A DNA stretch of 64,000 bases. It comes from an uncultured Elusimicrobia bacterium (GTDB lineage Bacteria > Elusimicrobiota > Elusimicrobia > 2-01-FULL-59-12). Below the pieces are notes generated by a model. That model was not told the origin of the DNA. It did no database searches and saw only the letters and a list, made by a program, of their open reading frames with translations. Of this stretch, positions 47,083-56,333 are shown piece after piece. Every line of letters starts with the position of its first letter. Position 1 is the stretch's first letter. The translations under genes and the position numbers were made by a program. The stretch is from the NCBI GenBank assembly GCA_963702895.1, contig OY969767.1, positions 1,888,001 to 1,952,000 on the forward strand, written 5' to 3'.

Positions 47083-48323
47083 TTGGCGACTCCGATCACA
47101 CCGGACACGCGGTCATCGCTGGTCGTGTACTGATAAATGTACACACCGCTTTCGACGATCACGCCAGAATCGTCCGTGCCGTCCCATTCGGGGGTGGGAC
47201 CCGGGATGGACCTGACGCGACGGCCGCGGATATCAAAGATTTTGACTTCATCGATCCCTGAACCAAAGACAGCTTTATCGTTGATCCCATCGCCGTTCGG
47301 CGTGATGATGCGCTCCGCGGGGCGCAAGTCCGCGGACCCAATCGCACCCGCCGGGAAAAGGCCGAAGATCGAAAAGTGCCCGGTCTGGCCGGTGAGGGTA
47401 TGAAGGGTGGTATCGAGCGTCGCGCGGCTGATGGGACGCCAGTCGCCCTGAAGGCGCTTCTCATCCAGCCAATAGATGCCCAAAGACTTGGGATCATCAC
47501 CGGTCCCGAGCACCTTGCCGGAAAGGTCCGCCGGATAACTCAGGATCAGTTCCGCCGGGGCGACCAGGGAGGTCTCTTCCAGCCTGACCGAGTAAATGAC
47601 GGCCGCGCGCGTACCGAGAGGGCCCACGCTCCATGGGCTGTTTTGCTCCGCTTTGATGCAAAGCTTGCCCGACGAAAGAACAGCGCCCCGAGACAGGACG
47701 ACCGCTGTTCGGCCGTCGACATCCGACAAATCGGGCGCGCTCACGCGGGCCCCGGCGGGCCCCACTTCGCTGCAAACCTGATCGATGATCGAAATTTGGA
47801 AAGGCGAAGCCAGAACACTTCCGCCGGGAGGGACCTCGACCTGGCCTCCAGAGCCTAAAACCGTGTCCGAAGCGCCCTGCCGGGCCCTGAATTCGTAACG
47901 GATATTGCCCCCCGTCTGGATCGCGCTGAGGTCTGTTCGGTAGATGATGGCAGTCCCTTGGAGCGTGTCGCCCACAGCGGGTCCTGGGACAAAGGGGATG
48001 GGAACACTGACCGGCGGGCCCAAGGGGCTGCCGCTCGCGTCCACCAGCTGATAAACAATGTCCACACGAAGATGCGATGGATCGATCGGAGCGCCGGACT
48101 TGCTCCTGATCGTGACCGGGATCATCATGTTCTTACCAAAGAAAGCCTCGCTGCCTAAGGGAGTCGCTTCAATGTCGAGCGCGGTCGCGCCAGGCCCCAC
48201 GGTCACTTCCGCCGTCAAGACCTCAAGTTTCTGGGACGTGAAAGACCCTCCCACGACGGGCAGGAACATCACCATGCCCGTGAGCGCGGTAAAAACAGCT
48301 CGATGAAGGAGCTTGGTCTCCAT
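47079..48323 (-). CDS. Secreted protein with CHU_C/FlgD-Ig-type (T9SS sorting-like) C-terminal domain
   Basis: IITPNGDGINDKAVF..VKIFDIRGRRVR..WDGTDDSG..VESGVYIY..G.I.VAK; preceding HFSIFGLF. Confidence 0.75.
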   Translation of the reverse strand: METKLLHRAVFTALTGMVMFLPVVGGSFTSQKLEVLTAEVTVGPGATALDIEATPLGSEAFFGKNMMIPVTIRSKSGAPIDPSHLRVDIVYQLVDASGSPLGPPVSVPIPFVPGPAVGDTLQGTAIIYRTDLSAIQTGGNIRYEFRARQGASDTVLGSGGQVEVPPGGSVLASPFQISIIDQVCSEVGPAGARVSAPDLSDVDGRTAVVLSRGAVLSSGKLCIKAEQNSPWSVGPLGTRAAVIYSVRLEETSLVAPAELILSYPADLSGKVLGTGDDPKSLGIYWLDEKRLQGDWRPISRATLDTTLHTLTGQTGHFSIFGLFPAGAIGSADLRPAERIITPNGDGINDKAVFGSGIDEVKIFDIRGRRVRSIPGPTPEWDGTDDSGVIVESGVYIYQYTTSDDRVSGVIGVAK

Positions 48324-49096
48324 TAGTTCACTTTCCCCATCTCCACCTGTCCGTCTTTGAGCACCTTAAACGCACGTCCTTGTTTTAGAACAAGATCCTT
48401 GTCCCGGAGGTCCACATGAAGGACATATTTGCCGGGTTTGATGGTGAGGCCGCCCGGGGTCTGCCCCGTGTAGAGAGACTCCTGGCCGGGGTAGGTCGGC
48501 TGTCCTTCGAGAATCGGCATGCGCGCGATTTCCCTCCCCTTACGGTCCACGATCAGGAAATATCCGCTGGGCCTCATATGAACGTTGCCCGTGGACCGTA
48601 CCTTCGCGCTCAGGCTCAGGCGTCCGGACCAGGCTTTGGCATAAAGATCGTTTATAGAACCGTCAATTTTTTCCGACCCAGCGCCAATCAAGTACATCGA
48701 CACGCTGATCATGGGCGTGACCATGGAAGGTGGCCGCGTCCGGTAGACAAAAGACACCATCCCGACCACTTCGCCGTCCATCGTCTTGGGACATCGGACC
48801 ATGAGATCCACTTTTCGCCGCTCGGCCGGTTTGAGCACAAAAGCCGCCTCACCGAGGTTCTTCAACCACTTGTCGACCGTCCACTCCTTATAGGCTTCCG
48901 GAATGAACCAGTCTTTTTGAGAGACCTCGATATCCAAGTCCATCTGGTCATCATTGGTCACCGTGAGCGACACCTGGGTGCTCGTCCCCGGCGTCAGACG
49001 CACTTCCGTCCGTGCCGGAACCACCTGGAGCGCCATGGCCGGAAGGGCTCTGAGGCCCGGTACCGCAAGACAGAGGATCAAGAGATACGGTTTCAT
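48323..49096 (-). CDS. Secreted PapD/DUF916-like chaperone-fold protein
   Basis: LQVVPARTEV.L.PG......VTN, W......F.LKP.E...V...V..P, V.STGNVH.RP.G. Confidence 0.6.
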   Translation of the reverse strand: MKPYLLILCLAVPGLRALPAMALQVVPARTEVRLTPGTSTQVSLTVTNDDQMDLDIEVSQKDWFIPEAYKEWTVDKWLKNLGEAAFVLKPAERRKVDLMVRCPKTMDGEVVGMVSFVYRTRPPSMVTPMISVSMYLIGAGSEKIDGSINDLYAKAWSGRLSLSAKVRSTGNVHMRPSGYFLIVDRKGREIARMPILEGQPTYPGQESLYTGQTPGGLTIKPGKYVLHVDLRDKDLVLKQGRAFKVLKDGQVEMGKVN

Positions 49097-49200
49097 AAAT
49101 CGTCGCTATGCCCTCTCACCCGCCCTCCCCGCACTCTCTTCCGCGGTCGCGGAAGAGAGTGGAGAAGAACAGTCTGGCTTCAAGCCAGTGGGTCCGCTCA

Positions 49201-49917
49201 TCAGGGTGTAAACAATTCCAGCGTGAGCGTGGAGGTCTTGTATGTCGTGCCGCCGCTTGCGCCCGTGAAGAGCGATTCCAGATACAAGTGATTGATTCCA
49301 CTCGGAGCTCCATCGCCGAAGGAGGTCTGAGCGAATTGTATCTGCGGCACTCCGCCATCCCGTATGGGCTGGATGTAGGAGTTCGCGGGAGCATTGGGCA
49401 TGAGGCCTCCCGCGCGGTCGGCATAGTAGAACCATGCCCAGCCCGTGCGTCCAATGCCGGTTTGGTTAGGATCATCAACGGCTTCTGGAGTTGCCCCTGC
49501 GGCTCGGATCTGCCAAGCCAAAGGAATCACCCTCGTTGTATCAGACGTGTTGATGAGCCCTGCTGCCGCCGTGGAACTGGCCGCAAGCCCGTACCGCGGG
49601 CTCGCGCTGGCGATCGTATTGTTCGTATAGGTCTGGATACCAGAACCTGCGATCGATACGGTCGAGACGATGCGGATATACTGATTCGCCAACACCCACG
49701 AAGCGCCAGCCGCAGCCGTCCAGCCGACGGCGGGTGCCACTGCGCTGTCGGAGATGTTCCGAATCGTTGCGGCCATGCTGACCGCGCCGCCCGTCACCGT
49801 GACCGAAGCGGTCGAGGCGATCGTGCCTTGCGAGGTAAAAGCATGACTTGCAACGGGTACTGCCATGGCCAGCCCCAAACTCCACAGGGCCGTCATGTAT
49901 TTCTTGGTGTACGTCAT
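49201..49917 (-). CDS. Secreted Ala/Thr/Ser-rich single-domain protein, putative major pilin/WxL-like subunit
   Basis: Strong AAGGAGG RBS, signal ending ASHA, ends YKTSTLTLELFTP. Confidence 0.65.
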   Translation of the reverse strand: MTYTKKYMTALWSLGLAMAVPVASHAFTSQGTIASTASVTVTGGAVSMAATIRNISDSAVAPAVGWTAAAGASWVLANQYIRIVSTVSIAGSGIQTYTNNTIASASPRYGLAASSTAAAGLINTSDTTRVIPLAWQIRAAGATPEAVDDPNQTGIGRTGWAWFYYADRAGGLMPNAPANSYIQPIRDGGVPQIQFAQTSFGDGAPSGINHLYLESLFTGASGGTTYKTSTLTLELFTP

Positions 49918-49947
49918 TGTTGTGTCCTCCTTTTTTATCATGAGTAC

Positions 49948-50913
49948 TTAAAAATAGACCGTGATCTGCAGCCGGTGGCTGCCGGATGCGTCCGATACGA
50001 AATAGGGGATCGTGATTCCGTAATCGAAGCGGAATCCAAATTTCTTCCCCAAAAGCTGATAGTAACTGAGCCCCATCGCGCCTTCACTTCGGTTCGCGCC
50101 TAAGCGTAAGCCAAGGGTGTCATGGAAAAGCCAGCTCTCAGCGCCCCCGTAGATCCCCGTTTCGCCATCGCGCCTTGAGAGATCCAGCGCAGGAACAAGC
50201 CAGGGTATCCGTCGGCTCTGGTAGGCAGCCCCCAGACGCCATTCGACCGGCACGCGGTCTGTCTCCCGGAAACCCACATCCGGCTGATTTAAATTTTTGA
50301 CGGACAAGCCGACCCGGCAACCCTCGCAGGCACCCGCGTCCGGCTTCCAAAGCAAACCGAGGTCCGCGCCGAATGCGCTCTGGCTGTTGCCGCCGGAAAA
50401 GGTCGGGTCCGCCGAAGCCGCCGCGTCCAGCGAGAAACTGCGCCGCAAGTACTTGAGATTCACACCCATCGACACTTGATTATCGAGAGCGGGAATGAGG
50501 CCTCCCAGATAGTGGGCGTAGGAGAGCGTCACGGTATCTTCCCGGTAGAGGCTGGTGGTGTTGAAGTCCGCCCAGGAAATCCCCCAGGAACCATAGCGCA
50601 TGGCACGCGAAGCATAAGCAAGGTAGCTCTGGTCCAGGTGGACGGTATCGCCACCGGTGGAGGCACTGCCGCTATAAAGCGTCAGCCCGGAAAATAGACG
50701 GGAATACATGGCCGTGATTTCATTCCATTGGATTTGAACGAGTCCCGCGGGGTTGTAGAGGGAGGCACTGGAGTCGTCAGAGATCGCGGTATAAGCCCCC
50801 CCCATTCCGACGGGGCGGGCACCCCAGCCGCTGTCCTGAAAAGCTGCAAAAAGCGAAGAGGGCACAAGCAGCTGGAACGAAAGAATCGTGACGAGGAGTC
50901 GCGTCGATTTCAT
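49948..50913 (-). CDS. PorV/UPF0164-like outer-membrane beta-barrel
   Basis: GARPVGMGGAYTAISDD.S..YNPAGL, G.NLKY, G.DLG.L, G.SVKNL..P, SHR.....F terminal Phe. Confidence 0.8.
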   Translation of the reverse strand: MKSTRLLVTILSFQLLVPSSLFAAFQDSGWGARPVGMGGAYTAISDDSSASLYNPAGLVQIQWNEITAMYSRLFSGLTLYSGSASTGGDTVHLDQSYLAYASRAMRYGSWGISWADFNTTSLYREDTVTLSYAHYLGGLIPALDNQVSMGVNLKYLRRSFSLDAAASADPTFSGGNSQSAFGADLGLLWKPDAGACEGCRVGLSVKNLNQPDVGFRETDRVPVEWRLGAAYQSRRIPWLVPALDLSRRDGETGIYGGAESWLFHDTLGLRLGANRSEGAMGLSYYQLLGKKFGFRFDYGITIPYFVSDASGSHRLQITVYF

Positions 50914-50922
50914 TCTAACCAT

Positions 50923-50931
50923 GTTATACCA
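50923..50931 (-). promoter_or_regulatory. Putative extended -10 promoter (TGgTATAAC) of the PorV-like operon
   Basis: Consensus match about 10 nt upstream of ATG 50913. Confidence 0.45.
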
Positions 50932-51243
50932 CTGTCCGGAAAGAGAAGAAATCGGCCCTTCGGGCAATAACTTGGTCCTCTTAGACCCAAGAAAAAATGA
51001 GGTCCGGAACACGGCGCATCACGATGAGCCATTCGCCAATTCATTCGATCTTCCTCAGCGGCAGTAACGCTGTTCAGGAATATCTTCCAAATTGATGGTT
51101 ACAACAATGTTTCAAACATGTTAACAATGTGCATCAAAATGCTGGAGGACAAGCAGGGTACAACAGCGGCAGTATAACAAAATGAGGTCGACGACTACCT
51201 CCTTTGGAAACGACCCGAAGCAGGAAATCATTAGGGGGGCCCT

Positions 51244-51580
51244 TTCTTTCCCTGGAGCAGGGGCCTGCTCGTCCCGGCCACCCCGTTGGGGTGCAGGGAC
51301 AGCCCCTACTGCCAGCCCCAGGCTGGCTGTCGGGGCGCTCCGGCGAAATTTCCCCCTCCATATCCGAAGACATGCATGGTGTGAAGGGTCAGCGTTTTGC
51401 CTTCGGGCAGCCTGCGGAACTCGGGACTTCCCTAGAAATGTGCTAAGGATGCCCTCACACAGTCCTCCGCCACTGGGTCTCTGGCGGACGCCAACGTCGT
51501 AGTGGCGTCGGCTGGGCACGCCCTCGCCAAAACGCTTGAAATTTCGAGTCGCTCACCAGGCCCCTGCTCCAGAGAAAGAA
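51244..51580. other. 337-nt multi-stem structured element (ncRNA or structured repeat)
   Basis: 24-bp terminal inverted repeat with 1 mismatch enclosing nested stems. Confidence 0.65.
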
Positions 51581-51613
51581 GTTCTACCCATACAATTATG
51601 CGAACACTTCTTG

Positions 51614-51794
51614 CCGCGGGGGAGGGAGGCAGCGAACGACTCGCGGACGGCGGCGGGGCGACGAGAGCGTTTTGCCGAGGATGTTTGAGCCTCGCCCTCT
51701 AGTCTACAGGGAGGAGGCGAGTTCCGCAGGCAGCTCGAGACGCACCGCCGGGTTGTCCGGGAGCGCCGGAGTGAGATACCTCCCTCCCCCGCGG
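51614..51794. other. 181-nt structured element sharing core motifs with 51244-51580 in opposite orientation
   Basis: Perfect 16-bp terminal inverted repeat; AGCGTTTTG.CGAGG and CGAGTTCCGCAGGC shared. Confidence 0.65.
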
Positions 51795-51830
51795 AAAGGA
51801 CCCCCAAAGATTTCCTGCTACTGAAACGAC

Positions 51831-51904
51831 CTCACCCCCGCGAAAGCGGGGAACCAGAAGGAAAATCAATCATGGATCCCCCACCTACAACCGTGGGGGA
51901 TGAC
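51831..51904. repeat. Double-hairpin element, possibly acting as terminator for the GGDEF gene
   Basis: tcacccccgcgaaagcggggaacca...tggatcccccacctacaaccgtgggggatgac. Confidence 0.7.
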
Positions 51905-51915
51905 AATTAATTGGC

Positions 51916-53412
51916 TTATATTTTAGAGGGGATTTCGAAGGAGTACTGCCGGATGCGGTTGCGGCCGTGGGATTTGATCCAGTAGAGGGCCTCATCCGCC
52001 CGTTTGATCAGTTCATCGATGGTCGCCGCGTGGGTGGGATAGGTGGCGACTCCGATGCTGACGGTGAGATTGACGGAATTCTTATTGGTCAAAACGATGG
52101 GCTCGTGGGAGACGGCGAGATGCAAGCGCTCAGCGAGGAGCAAGGCTTCGTCCGCGGAGGTGTCGGGCAAAAGAATGACAAACTCATCCCCCCCGTAGCG
52201 AGCCGTCAAGTCCACCTTTCTCGCGTTGGCCAAGATCCGCTCGGCCACCTGGGTCAGAATGGTATCACCCGCCTGATGCCCATACGTATCGTTAAACCGC
52301 TTAAAGTGGTCGATGTCCAGGATCATGAGCGAGAGCTGCCCATGGGTACGCTCCGCCCGGTAAAATTCTTCTTTTAATCGCTGCCGGAAGTAGCGCAGGA
52401 GGTAAAGTCCCGTGAGGCTGTCGGTGATCGAAAGTTCCTCCACCCCCTGAAAGAGTCGCGCGTTCTTGATCGCCATGCCCAACTGGCCCGCCATCGCGGT
52501 CAAAACGGGGATCTGTTCGGGCGGGATTTCCTGCTGGCTGAGGAGATTGTCCACCATGAGGATCCCCATGTTTTCATCCCTCGTACGCAAGGGAAGGTAG
52601 AGAATCGTACGGCGATAGCGTTCGAGGCGCTCGTCCTCTGTCTTGCCGAGCAGGAGGTCCACCATGGGGTGCACGTCACGCTTCAGAGGAAAGCGTTCCT
52701 TCTCATTCATTTCTTGCCCGCGCTGGTCCATGGTGAGCGTGCTTTCCAAATGTTCGCCGTCTTTGTTCACCAGATAAATCCTGACCCGGTCAAATCCCAG
52801 CTCTTGGATGAGACTTTGCGCAACGGACTTGATCATCTCATCGAGCCGCAGAGAACGGAAGATGGCGCTCGAGACCTGCTGCATGGCCCGCATCTGGGAC
52901 ACTTTTTCGCGTTCGGATGCGGCCAGCTCAAGGCCATGCATGGCGCTCGCCAGTTCGTGGGCAAAGTCATTGAGAAGCGGGATGTCGGCCTCGGTCAAGG
53001 GACGTTTGCCGTGCACGTTCTCCACCCGAAGCACGCCAAAAATGACGCCAAAGGACCGCAGCGCGATGTAGGCGATGCGATGGGGGTCTTGAAGAATGAG
53101 GTACGTCTTCTTGCCGGACAAGAGCTGGTTGAGGGGAGAGTCGGGGAGGATCGCGATTTCTTCTTCGCCAGGAAGGATGTCCGCGCGGTCCACGAGCTGC
53201 CGCGCCACCAGGGTCTGCCTCGCCTCATCGTGCAGAAAAACCGCCGCGCGGTCGATCCGCATAAACTCGCAGAGATACCGCAGGGCATGCGCCAGGAGCT
53301 CATTTTTGTCCCGCGGGAGCATGGCCCAGTAGCGGCCGCCCCCCAGCGGTTTCTGCAGGGAAAACTTGTGGAATTCTTCGCGAATTTTCAGCAACGCGCG
53401 CTTGTCCTTCAT
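51916..53412 (-). CDS. GAF-GAF-GGDEF diguanylate cyclase
   Basis: TDSLTGL, LDIDHFKRFNDTYGHQAGD, RKVD..ARYGGDEF, ADEALY..K..GRN. Confidence 0.92.
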   Translation of the reverse strand: MKDKRALLKIREEFHKFSLQKPLGGGRYWAMLPRDKNELLAHALRYLCEFMRIDRAAVFLHDEARQTLVARQLVDRADILPGEEEIAILPDSPLNQLLSGKKTYLILQDPHRIAYIALRSFGVIFGVLRVENVHGKRPLTEADIPLLNDFAHELASAMHGLELAASEREKVSQMRAMQQVSSAIFRSLRLDEMIKSVAQSLIQELGFDRVRIYLVNKDGEHLESTLTMDQRGQEMNEKERFPLKRDVHPMVDLLLGKTEDERLERYRRTILYLPLRTRDENMGILMVDNLLSQQEIPPEQIPVLTAMAGQLGMAIKNARLFQGVEELSITDSLTGLYLLRYFRQRLKEEFYRAERTHGQLSLMILDIDHFKRFNDTYGHQAGDTILTQVAERILANARKVDLTARYGGDEFVILLPDTSADEALLLAERLHLAVSHEPIVLTNKNSVNLTVSIGVATYPTHAATIDELIKRADEALYWIKSHGRNRIRQYSFEIPSKI

Positions 53413-53421
53413 ATCAAAAAC

Positions 53422-53563
53422 CGTCCGACGTGCGACGTCCGACGCCAGAAACAATAATCGCATTGATCCAGCACCGTCTCCGGGGCCTGGTACGTGCCTC
53501 TGGACGTCGGACCCGCCACACGGCTGGCGGGCGCCTGTTGTGTGGCGCCTCGGACCTCGGACG
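53422..53563. repeat. CGTCCGA-heptamer inverted-repeat element with two nested mini-hairpins
   Basis: cgtccgacgtgcgacgtccgacg ... ggacgtcgga[cccgccacacggctggcggg][cgcctgttgtgtggcg]cctcggacctcggacg. Confidence 0.75.
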
Positions 53564-53573
53564 GTCGTTCATT

Positions 53574-54818
53574 CTATTCATAGAGCGACAAAATGTAATT
53601 CGCCTCTTTGGCGGCGCCGGAGAGCTCCTGCGCCAGCGCTGCCTGATCATACCGGTTCTCCCGGACAGCGCTCATGAGGTTCTGCGTCGCGCGCCCCACA
53701 ATCCTTTCAATGGTCCCCAGGGTGGCCGCGCACGGGAGCGTGCGGGCCACGCGGAGCGAGTGCCTGAACACCTCTGCCACTTTGACGGGCGCCGTGCTCA
53801 GGAGCTCTTCCAAAGCGGAGTAGCGGCTGGGCAGCATCCCGATCTGCCGGGAGTGGCGTACCTGCGCGTTCGGGGAGGTCAAGAATTTGATGAGCTTCCA
53901 TGACGCGTGCGGATGTTGAGAAGCCATCACGATCGCGAGGTTCGATCCGCCCAGGTAGGTCACCTGACCCGCGGGGCCGGAAGGGAAGACGGAAATGCCG
54001 TAATTCCGGGCGACGTCCGGCTCATAGTAAGGATACTTGGGGTTGAGAAAGGAGTTGACGGGCCATACCCCTGAAATCTGGAAGGCAAACTGGCCAGAAA
54101 AGAAGTCCCCTGTGTAAAGCCGGTCCCGCCCCAAGAGTGGGATCAAGTGATCGACCATCATTCGGAAATAGAAATCAATGCCTTTCACCGAAGCGGGCTC
54201 CTGAAACTGGGACAAATGTCGATCGGAACTCAGGAAATTCCCCCCAGCGCCCCAAATCCAGGGCGCCAAATCGTGGATCAGGATCCCTTCCTTCTGGCCT
54301 TGTAACGGGAGCGCAAAGAATTTTTTGCCCAGTTTGGAATTGTGCAGAAGTTCACAGGCTTCGCGGAACCCCTTCCACGTGCCCAGATCCTCAGGGCTCA
54401 GGCCCAGTCCGGAGAGAATGTCCTGGCGATAATAGAGAACACGGGTATCCAGAAACCAGGGCATGGAATAGATTTTGGTGCGCGTGGGCTCATAACAGTA
54501 ATTCCAGATGGGCCGGACGATATCGGTACGGTCCATGTCGTCCACGAAGTCGGTCAGGTCGGTGAGTGCGCCCAGGGCCGCCAGAGTCGAATTCCATGTT
54601 CCGCCGATCTGGATGACGTCCGGAGGCTCAAGATAATCGCTGCGCTTGGCAACGGCGATCAGCCGGTCCCAGGCAAAGTGCCAGGGATGGACCGTGAGTT
54701 TGACCTCATAGCCGGGGTTTTCCCGGTGGAAATGGGCCAACTCTTTCTGCATGATGCGCTGGGTGTCAAAGCCCGCGTTGGGCATGACCCACAAATTAAG
54801 CCGTATGGGGTTCGCCAT
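53574..54818 (-). CDS. Family-1 (sugar-type) solute-binding protein lacking a signal peptide
   Basis: PPDVIQIG.TW...L...GAL.DL, YSMPWFLDTRVLYYRQD, GGSNLAI, W.LIKFLTS. Confidence 0.8.
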   Translation of the reverse strand: MANPIRLNLWVMPNAGFDTQRIMQKELAHFHRENPGYEVKLTVHPWHFAWDRLIAVAKRSDYLEPPDVIQIGGTWNSTLAALGALTDLTDFVDDMDRTDIVRPIWNYCYEPTRTKIYSMPWFLDTRVLYYRQDILSGLGLSPEDLGTWKGFREACELLHNSKLGKKFFALPLQGQKEGILIHDLAPWIWGAGGNFLSSDRHLSQFQEPASVKGIDFYFRMMVDHLIPLLGRDRLYTGDFFSGQFAFQISGVWPVNSFLNPKYPYYEPDVARNYGISVFPSGPAGQVTYLGGSNLAIVMASQHPHASWKLIKFLTSPNAQVRHSRQIGMLPSRYSALEELLSTAPVKVAEVFRHSLRVARTLPCAATLGTIERIVGRATQNLMSAVRENRYDQAALAQELSGAAKEANYILSLYE

Positions 54819-54830
54819 TACATAGTCCCG

Positions 54831-56333
54831 CTAAAGCTTGTTCTTCTCTGTCATGCCTTGCTCGGCGGGGCTGTCTCCTGTGATCACGTGCTTTTCGGTA
54901 CTGCGCCCTGCCGAGGGAAGCTTGAGCTGAAGCGTCAAGCCTTTGCCCACTTCGCTTTCCACCCAGACTTGACCCCCATGACTTTCGACGGTTTCTTTGA
55001 CCATGGTGAGGCCCAATCCCACACCCGGGACCTGCCCGCAGAAGGCTTTTTCCACCTGGTAGAAACGCTCAAAGACACGCTCGCGGTCCTCGGGCGGGAT
55101 GCCGGGCCCGTTGTCTTTAAGACTGAGGATGACAAACCCGCTTTCCTCGCGGGCGTCAATCCAGAGGTCGCTGGCGCCAAACTTAAAAGCGTTTTCCATG
55201 ACGTTCCGAATGGCGTGCTGCAGGAGGGTCGGGTCGACTTGGACAAAGTGTTGGGCCAAGGCGGGTGAGAGATGCACGTGGGAGTGCTTGCCCGTCAACT
55301 CCTCCAAAGCGAACTTGAGCGCCTCGCTCGCCAGCTCGGCGCAACTGAGGCGCTGGCATAAAAGCTGCTCCGGGTCCAGGCTCGTGAAGGCGATCAGTTG
55401 ATTGACCATGGCTTCCATCTGCCGGCATTGTTTCTGAATCGTTTCCAGGGCGTTGCGCTGGAAATCGTTGAGGGGGGTCGTCGAGTTTTCCGAGAGAAGC
55501 AGCTTGGGATAGGCCCGGATGGTCACAAGCGGCGTTCGCAGCTTGTGGCTGATGAGGGACACAAAGCGGTGCATGGCGGTGTCCGACTTGCGTTCCATGG
55601 TGACATCGCGGAATATGGCCAGATAGCCAAAGTGCTCCTTCTTGGGTGAGGTGATGGGGTTAATGCGGCACTCGAGGATAAACAATCTCGGCTCCTCGCG
55701 GGTCAAATCAAAGGGCTCGCCCTTTTCCTGCTCCAGGCACGCCAGGCGTCCCTGGGGTTCGGTCTGGAAAGAGTCAAAGACTTTTTGGGCGGTGAGGCCC
55801 GCAGGGTCCTTGGGAAGGCCGAGCATGGAACAGGCGGAGGGATTGGCCATAAAAACGAGACCGTTGGTGTCAAAAAGGATGACGCCTTCCTGGGTTTGGG
55901 CAAAGAGGAGCTCCACTTTTTCTCTCTCGATCGCCAGGTCCGCGGAGGTGGCGCGCAGCTCATAGAAAAGCTGCTTGTGCAGCTTGTCCATCACCTCTCC
56001 CGAAAGATATTCGAGGGTGAAAGGCTTGGTCACGTAATCATCGGCGCCGAGGACTCTCGCCTGGCGCATCAGCTCGTCTTCCGTTTGGCCGGTAATCATG
56101 ATGACACGCAAAGAAGGGTCCATCTGCTTCACTTCTTTGAGCACGTCAATTCCTGACATCCCGGGCAACCCGATATCGAGAAACATGAGGTGCGGGCGGA
56201 ACTCCCTGGCTTTCGCGACAGCGGAAGGACCGTCGTCGGCGGTTTCAATCTGATATTTCCGCCGCTCAAAGAATGTGCTCAAATGCCGTGTGAGGTTGGT
56301 ATCGTCGTCGACAATCAATAAGCGTAAAATCAT
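54831..56333 (-). CDS. Cytoplasmic hybrid kinase: receiver-PAS-HisKA-HATPase
   Basis: LIVDDD..LDIGLPGMSG..DYVTKPF; SHKLRTPL; NVMENAFKF, DNGPGIP, GVGLGL. Confidence 0.9.
   Translation of the reverse strand: MILRLLIVDDDTNLTRHLSTFFERRKYQIETADDGPSAVAKAREFRPHLMFLDIGLPGMSGIDVLKEVKQMDPSLRVIMITGQTEDELMRQARVLGADDYVTKPFTLEYLSGEVMDKLHKQLFYELRATSADLAIEREKVELLFAQTQEGVILFDTNGLVFMANPSACSMLGLPKDPAGLTAQKVFDSFQTEPQGRLACLEQEKGEPFDLTREEPRLFILECRINPITSPKKEHFGYLAIFRDVTMERKSDTAMHRFVSLISHKLRTPLVTIRAYPKLLLSENSTTPLNDFQRNALETIQKQCRQMEAMVNQLIAFTSLDPEQLLCQRLSCAELASEALKFALEELTGKHSHVHLSPALAQHFVQVDPTLLQHAIRNVMENAFKFGASDLWIDAREESGFVILSLKDNGPGIPPEDRERVFERFYQVEKAFCGQVPGVGLGLTMVKETVESHGGQVWVESEVGKGLTLQLKLPSAGRSTEKHVITGDSPAEQGMTEKNKL

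Noticed and set aside
47079..50913. Canonical type IX secretion system
   Set aside because: Only PorV-like and CTD-like parts; no PorKLMN or SprA here
51244..51580. RNase P RNA, tmRNA or SRP RNA
   Set aside because: AGGGAAGTCCCGAG only loosely resembles GAGGAAAGTCC; the other RNase P conserved blocks, tmRNA tRNA-like ends and the SRP core motif are not visible
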